From NCBI RefSeq assembly GCF_012571345.1, contig NZ_CP046218.1, positions 101,371 to 107,618 of the forward strand: DNA of 6,248 bases, in the 5' to 3' direction. This DNA comes from Candidatus Saccharimonadota bacterium (lineage in GTDB: Bacteria; Pseudomonadota; Gammaproteobacteria; Enterobacterales; Enterobacteriaceae). A program made the translations under genes and the position numbers. Position 1 is the stretch's first letter. Each line of letters opens with the position of its first letter. Positions 1 to 4,203 of the stretch are shown here, in pieces. Below the pieces are notes generated by a model that ran no database searches, was not told the origin of the DNA, and saw only the letters and a program-made list of their open reading frames with translations.

Positions 1-495
1 AGTGGTGCTATATCATTTGCTATCGCCTCTAGTAATAAATTTGTTAATATCATAGCTACTGATATTTCGATGAAAGCTATTAAACTTGCTCAGTATAATT
101 TAAAACAATTAAATTTAACAAATATTATTTTATCACAAAGTAATTGGTTTCATAAAATTTCTTATCAAACTTTTGATATTATAATTAGTAATCCACCTTA
201 TATTAGTCAACAAGAATATAAATATTATGAAGAATATTTAAAATTTGAACCTAAAATAGCTTTAATAGCAAAAAATAATGGTTTAAATAATTTTAAACAT
301 ATAATTTTACATTCATATAATTATCTAAATAATTTTGGTTGGTTAATATTAGAACATGCACCACATCAAATAACATATATTATGAATTTATTCAAAAAAA
401 AATTTTATAATATTCAAACATATATGGATTTAAATAATAAATTTAGAGTTATTTGTGCACAAAAAATTTTACATAAAATCAATGATTTTATGTAA
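1..495 (+). CDS. prmC: Peptide chain release factor N5-glutamine methyltransferase PrmC/HemK, 3' portion (5' end outside the window)
   Basis: Frame 1 is open from base 1 (SGAISFAIASSNKFVNIIATDIS...), so the M at 70 in the ORF track is internal. SGAI is the end of the SAM-binding G-x-G-x-G motif I. The catalytic NPPY motif is at 190-201 (IIISNPPYI). From memory the sequence is collinear with E. coli PrmC (QSDWF / QSNWF, FEPxxAL, GxLxLEH, C-terminal RV). Stop is TAA at 493-495. Confidence 0.8.
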   Translation, partial: SGAISFAIASSNKFVNIIATDISMKAIKLAQYNLKQLNLTNIILSQSNWFHKISYQTFDIIISNPPYISQQEYKYYEEYLKFEPKIALIAKNNGLNNFKHIILHSYNYLNNFGWLILEHAPHQITYIMNLFKKKFYNIQTYMDLNNKFRVICAQKILHKINDFM

Positions 496-597
496 ATAAA
501 TAAAAAATTTATTGTTATATTATTAATATAAATATATTATAAAATTTTATTTATAGAAGATATATTTTAATATAAAATTGCATTAGAACCAATTACT

Positions 598-1911
598 GTG
601 ACGTATAATATATTCATGAATATGGTAAAAAATATACACCCAAACAATAGCATAAAACAAGATAAACAATATTCGCAAAAAAAAAATACATCATTATTAT
701 TAATGAGAGATCATAGACAATTAGGTAAACAATTAAATTTATATCATTTCCAAGATGAAGCTCCTGGAATGGTATTTTGGCATCATAATGGTTATATTAT
801 TTTTCAAGAACTAGAAACATTTTTAAGAAAAAAACTACAACAATATAATTATCAAGAAGTTAGAACGCCCATTATAACAGATAGTGTTATTTGGGAAAAT
901 ACTGGACATTGGGAAATTTATAAAAAAGCTATGTTTATAACTTCATCAGAAAATAGACAGTATTGTATTAAACCTATGAATTGTCCAGGACATATACAGA
1001 TTTTTAAACATAAATTAATGTCTTATAAAAATTTACCAATTAGAATAGCAGAATTTGGTATATGTCATAGAAATGAACCTTCTGGTTCTTTGCATGGTTT
1101 AATGAGATTACGTAGTTTTACACAAGATGATGCACATATTTTTTGTACTGAAGAACATATTACTCAAGAAATCACTAATTGTATATATATGATGTATGAA
1201 ATATATAATATATTTGGTTTTAAAAAAATACGAGTGAAATTATCTACTAGACCAGACAAACGTATTGGAAATGATAATATTTGGAATTATACAGAAAATC
1301 ATTTATCTAAAATATTACATAAACTTAATATTATTTTTGAATACCAAAATGGTGAAGGTGCATTTTATGGTCCAAAAATAGAGTTTTCTTTTTTTGATTG
1401 TTCTAATAGAGAATGGCAATGTGGCACCATACAATTAGATTGTTCATTATCAAAAAAATTAAATTTATTTTATATAGACCATAATAATAAACATCAATAT
1501 CCTATTATTATCCATCGTGCTATATTAGGCTCTTTAGAACGTTTTATTGGAATTATTTTAGAAGAATTTCATGGATATTTACCTTTATGGATAGTACCAT
1601 TACAAGTTATAATTTTAAATATTAATTCCAAACACAATAACTATATCATGAATATAGTAAATATTTTTATGCAAAATAATATAAGAATTAAGGCAGATTT
1701 AAGTAATAATAAAATTTCTTTTAAAATTAGACAGTATACTATGTTACATATACCATATATTTTCATTTGTGGTGATCAAGAAATTCAAAACAATACAATA
1801 GCTATTAGAAATTGTTTAGGAGAAAATTTGGGATTTATGAAAATACATGATATTATTAATAAAATAAAAGAAGAAATACAAAATTATAAAATAACACAAT
1901 ATATTATTTAG
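598..1911 (+). CDS. thrS: Threonyl-tRNA synthetase, N-terminally truncated form with catalytic core and anticodon-binding domain only
   Basis: 437-aa ORF. Homology to the ThrRS class II core begins at RDHRQLGKQLNLYHFQDEAPGMVFWHHNGY (codon 37). Zinc-ligand contexts are retained (MNCPGH, QDDAHIFC, IHRAILGSLERF), as is motif 2 (HRNEPSGSLHGLMRLRSFTQDD). The C-terminal anticodon-binding domain is present (LPLWIVPLQVIILNI...IRIKADL...KIRQY...PYIFICGDQE). The start is ambiguous: in-frame GTG 598, ATG 616, ATG 622 or ATG 703, none with a Shine-Dalgarno. Stop is TAG at 1909-1911. Confidence 0.9.
   Translation: MTYNIFMNMVKNIHPNNSIKQDKQYSQKKNTSLLLMRDHRQLGKQLNLYHFQDEAPGMVFWHHNGYIIFQELETFLRKKLQQYNYQEVRTPIITDSVIWENTGHWEIYKKAMFITSSENRQYCIKPMNCPGHIQIFKHKLMSYKNLPIRIAEFGICHRNEPSGSLHGLMRLRSFTQDDAHIFCTEEHITQEITNCIYMMYEIYNIFGFKKIRVKLSTRPDKRIGNDNIWNYTENHLSKILHKLNIIFEYQNGEGAFYGPKIEFSFFDCSNREWQCGTIQLDCSLSKKLNLFYIDHNNKHQYPIIIHRAILGSLERFIGIILEEFHGYLPLWIVPLQVIILNINSKHNNYIMNIVNIFMQNNIRIKADLSNNKISFKIRQYTMLHIPYIFICGDQEIQNNTIAIRNCLGENLGFMKIHDIINKIKEEIQNYKITQYII
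677..686 (+). repeat. A10 homopolymer inside the thrS 5' region (codons Q-K-K-N)
   Basis: Ten consecutive A counted directly; in frame as CAA AAA AAA AAT. Confidence 0.95.
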
Positions 1912-1914
1912 GAG
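1911..1914 (+). promoter_or_regulatory. Shine-Dalgarno (GGAG) for infC, overlapping the thrS stop codon
   Basis: The sequence is tTAGGAGaataaagtATT. GGAG lies 8 nt upstream of ATT 1923. The same 10-mer TAGGAGAATA recurs upstream of rplT (2748-2757). Confidence 0.7.
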
Positions 1915-1922
1915 AATAAAGT

Positions 1923-2477
1923 ATTAAAATTGTTAAAAAAAAAACATCATTAACACATCCTAATAAAATAAATGAAGAAATTATTAGTGATAAAGTTAGA
2001 TTAATTGGAATTAATGGTGAACAAATAGGCATAATGCAATGCGAAAATGCACTAATAAAAGCTAAAAGTGCTGGTTTTGATTTAGTCGAAATTAATGCTG
2101 GCGCCGTTCCTCCTGTATGCCGCATAATGAATTATGGAAAATTTTTGTATATTAAAAATAAAACTTTTAAAGAACAAAAAAGAAAACAAAAAATTATACA
2201 TTTAAAAGAAATAAAATTTAGACCAGGGACTGATATAGGAGATTATAATGTTAAATTACGTCATGCAAAACGTTTTTTACAACAAGGAGATAAAATTAAA
2301 GTTACTCTTAGATTTAGAGGTAGAGAGATGATGCATGTCCAAATTGGTTTAACTATATTATATCGTGTAAAAAATGATTTACAAAACTTAGCTATAGTAG
2401 AGACATTTCCTACTAAAATCGAAAGCAGACAAATGATAATGATATTAATCCCTAAAAAAAATAAAGTACATATCTAA
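1923..2477 (+). CDS. infC: Translation initiation factor IF-3, with a proposed non-canonical ATT (AUU) start
   Basis: The frame of the 2034 ORF stays open back to the TAA at 1917-1919. The upstream codons read (I/M)[43 protein letters not shown]..., collinear with the E. coli IF3 N-terminus ([37 protein letters not shown]...). There is no ATG, GTG or TTG in that stretch. ATT 1923 is followed by AAA as in E. coli and sits 8 nt after GGAG. This gives 184 aa against about 180 aa in E. coli. A second ATT at 1929 is a less likely alternative. Stop is TAA at 2475-2477. Confidence 0.85.
   Translation: MKIVKKKTSLTHPNKINEEIISDKVRLIGINGEQIGIMQCENALIKAKSAGFDLVEINAGAVPPVCRIMNYGKFLYIKNKTFKEQKRKQKIIHLKEIKFRPGTDIGDYNVKLRHAKRFLQQGDKIKVTLRFRGREMMHVQIGLTILYRVKNDLQNLAIVETFPTKIESRQMIMILIPKKNKVHI
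1935..1944 (+). repeat. A10 homopolymer at codons 5-8 of infC (KKK)
   Basis: Ten consecutive A counted directly. Confidence 0.95.
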
Positions 2478-2517
2478 AATAATATATTATATTATTTAAC
2501 TTTACATAAAAAATAAT

Positions 2518-2521
2518 AGGA
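2518..2521 (+). promoter_or_regulatory. Probable Shine-Dalgarno (AGGA) for rpmI
   Basis: The sequence is aatAGGAtaatatttcacATG. It is the only purine-rich G-containing element in the 55-nt infC-rpmI spacer. The 11-nt spacing is somewhat long. Confidence 0.5.
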
Positions 2522-2532
2522 TAATATTTCAC

Positions 2533-2730
2533 ATGCTCAAAATAAAAACTGTACGTAGTGTTGTAAAAAGATTTAAAAAAACTGGGAATGGTCATTACAA
2601 ACATAAACAAGCTAATTTGCGACATTTATTAACTAAAAAGACCTCTAAAAATAAACGTTCATTACGACATAAAAAAATTGTTTATAAAGGAGATACAAAT
2701 TCTATAAAATTATGTTTACCTTATTTATAA
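2533..2730 (+). CDS. rpmI: 50S ribosomal protein L35
   Basis: 65 aa. [36 protein letters not shown]...KGD...CLPYL is near-collinear with E. coli L35 (MPKIKTVRGAAKRFKKTG...ANLRHILTKK...CLPYA). Stop is TAA. Confidence 0.95.
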   Translation: MLKIKTVRSVVKRFKKTGNGHYKHKQANLRHLLTKKTSKNKRSLRHKKIVYKGDTNSIKLCLPYL

Positions 2731-2748
2731 ACTTTAGAATAGTATTCT

Positions 2749-2753
2749 AGGAG
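2749..2753 (+). promoter_or_regulatory. Shine-Dalgarno (AGGAG) for rplT
   Basis: The sequence is ctAGGAGaatatattattATG, 11 nt upstream of ATG 2765. It is part of the TAGGAGAATA 10-mer shared with the infC RBS. It abuts the 3' arm of a 15-nt palindrome (2735-2749). Confidence 0.7.
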
Positions 2754-2764
2754 AATATATTATT

Positions 2765-3118
2765 ATGGTTAGAATTAAAAGGGGTGTTGTTGCACACGCA
2801 AAACATAAAAAAATATTAAAACAAGCCAAAGGATATTATGGTGCACGTTCACGTACATATAGATCTGCTTTTCAAGCTGTTATAAAAGCGGGACAATATT
2901 CTTATAGAGACCGTCGTCAGCGTAAAAGAATGTTTAGACGATTATGGATTACTAAAATTAATGCTGCTTTAAAACAAAATAATATAAAATATAGTAATTT
3001 TATTAATATTTTAAAAAAAACAAATATCCAACTTAATAGAAAAATATTAGCAGAGATTGCTGTAAATAAAGTTCATTTTGCAAACTTAGTAACTACAATA
3101 AAACAAGATATTTCTTAA
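2765..3118 (+). CDS. rplT: 50S ribosomal protein L20
   Basis: 117 aa. [62 protein letters not shown] closely matches my recollection of the E. coli L20 N-terminal two-thirds. Stop is TAA. Confidence 0.95.
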   Translation: MVRIKRGVVAHAKHKKILKQAKGYYGARSRTYRSAFQAVIKAGQYSYRDRRQRKRMFRRLWITKINAALKQNNIKYSNFINILKKTNIQLNRKILAEIAVNKVHFANLVTTIKQDIS

Positions 3119-3208
3119 TCATATATATTAAAAGACATGATATATGTACAAATATTATGTCGTAATATTATTTTTATTAAATTTAAGATATAAAAAATTA
3201 TTTCTAAT

Positions 3209-4198
3209 ATGATGTTAACAAACATAATACTCATGCTAAAAAAGGATATCAGTTTTATAACAAATATCCATGATTTAAATTTATTAAAAAAAAAATATTT
3301 AGGTAACGATAGTTATCTTGTTAAACAAATCAATATATTGAAAAAACAACAAGATCATACTAAAATTATTCCTTTGTATCATTGTAAAAAAAAAATTTTT
3401 CAAATAATATTAGATTATAAACAAAAAATAGATAATAAAAATATTAATAATAGTATATCTCATGAAACAATTGATATTACTTTACCAGGAAGACTAAATA
3501 ATATTGGTGCAATGCATCCTATTAATTATATTATTCATAAAACCAAAAATTTTTTTCAAAAATTAGATTTCCAAGAAATACAAGGTCCGGAAATTGAAAA
3601 TTGTTATTATAATTTTGATGCATTAAATATTTCTCAATATCATTCTATACGTACAAAACAAGATACTTTTTGGATTAATAATGATATTTTATTAAGAACA
3701 CAAACTTCTAATATGCAAATTAGAATTATGAAAATTATGAAACCACCTATTCGCATATTAACTTATGGCAAAGTATATCGTAATGATTATGATAATAAAC
3801 ATACACCAATGTTTCATCAAATGGAAGGACTATTTGTAGATAAACAAATCAGCCTAACAGATTTAAAAAATATATTATTAGACTTTATAAACTATTTTTT
3901 TCCTAAAAAATATAAAATACGTTGTAGGCCTTCTTATTTTCCTTTTACAGAACCTTCTTTAGAAATTGATATTATGGCACAAAATACAGATATGTGGATA
4001 GAAATATTAGGCGCGGGATTAATACATCCAAATGTCTTAAAAAATGTAAATATTGATTCTTATAAGTATTCTGGGTATGCTTTTGGTATTGGAATAGAAA
4101 GACTAACTATGTTATATTTTAATATAACAGATATACGTTTATTATTCGAAAATGATATACGATTTTTGCAACAATTTAAATATAATAAAAATAATTAG
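3209..4198 (+). CDS. pheS: Phenylalanyl-tRNA synthetase alpha subunit (full length)
   Basis: 329 aa against about 327 aa in E. coli. Conserved blocks include ETIDITLPGR, HPI, GPEIE..YYNFDALN, LLRTQTS..QIR, PPIRI...GKVYRNDYD..HTPMFHQMEGL, RPSYFPFTEPS.E.D, HPNVL.NV.ID...YSGYAFGIGIERLTML and FENDIRFLQQFK. Tandem ATGs at 3209 and 3212 make the start ambiguous by one codon. Stop is TAG at 4196-4198. Confidence 0.95.
   Translation: MMLTNIILMLKKDISFITNIHDLNLLKKKYLGNDSYLVKQINILKKQQDHTKIIPLYHCKKKIFQIILDYKQKIDNKNINNSISHETIDITLPGRLNNIGAMHPINYIIHKTKNFFQKLDFQEIQGPEIENCYYNFDALNISQYHSIRTKQDTFWINNDILLRTQTSNMQIRIMKIMKPPIRILTYGKVYRNDYDNKHTPMFHQMEGLFVDKQISLTDLKNILLDFINYFFPKKYKIRCRPSYFPFTEPSLEIDIMAQNTDMWIEILGAGLIHPNVLKNVNIDSYKYSGYAFGIGIERLTMLYFNITDIRLLFENDIRFLQQFKYNKNN
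3286..3295 (+). repeat. A10 homopolymer in pheS (LLKKKY)
   Basis: Ten consecutive A counted directly. Confidence 0.95.
3386..3395 (+). repeat. A10 homopolymer followed by T5 in pheS (CKKKIF)
   Basis: Ten consecutive A counted directly, followed by ttttt. Confidence 0.95.
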
Positions 4199-4203
4199 TT
4201 AAA

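Noticed and set aside
70-495. The prmC start at ATG 70 as given by the ORF track
   Set aside because: The frame is open from base 1, and the upstream codons encode the SAM-binding motif region (SGAISFAIAS...ATDIS). The gene is therefore 5'-truncated by the window edge and does not start at 70.
495-513. Hairpin AATAAAT-aaaaa-ATTTATT immediately after the prmC stop, considered as a rho-independent terminator
   Set aside because: The stem is 7 bp of A-T pairs only and no proper U-tract follows. Such palindromes are expected by chance in AT-only spacers, so a terminator call is not supportable.
513-540. Sigma70-like hexamers TTGTTA (513-518) and TATTAT (535-540) with a 16-nt spacer upstream of thrS
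   Set aside because: In sequence this AT-rich, TATAAT-like and TTGxxA-like hexamers occur every few dozen bases, so there is no discriminating power without transcript 5'-end data.
576-594. 5-bp hairpin in the thrS leader, considered as a tRNA(Thr) anticodon-arm mimic (operator)
   Set aside because: The loop CAUUAGAAC lacks the GU anticodon identity bases, the stem is only 5 bp, and the ThrRS N-terminal domain needed for E. coli-type repression is absent.
496-597. The longest spacer, considered as a hidden tRNA or small RNA gene
   Set aside because: It is almost pure A/T, with no acceptor or T-arm (GTTCnAnnC) features and no stable cloverleaf. All other spacers (5-90 bp) are too short or equally featureless.
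1904-2125. 73-aa ORF on the minus strand from the supplied track
   Set aside because: It is entirely antisense to the thrS end and the conserved N-terminal region of infC. It has no recognisable motifs and no RBS, and its relatively GC-richer codons simply mirror the conserved infC segment (GCTGGCGCCGTTCCTCCTGTATGCCGC). It is an antisense artefact.
2034-2477. The infC start at ATG 2034 as given by the ORF track
   Set aside because: Met 2034 aligns to an internal position of the IF3 N-domain. The conserved sequence continues 37 codons upstream in the same open frame to ATT 1923, which has a well-spaced GGAG.
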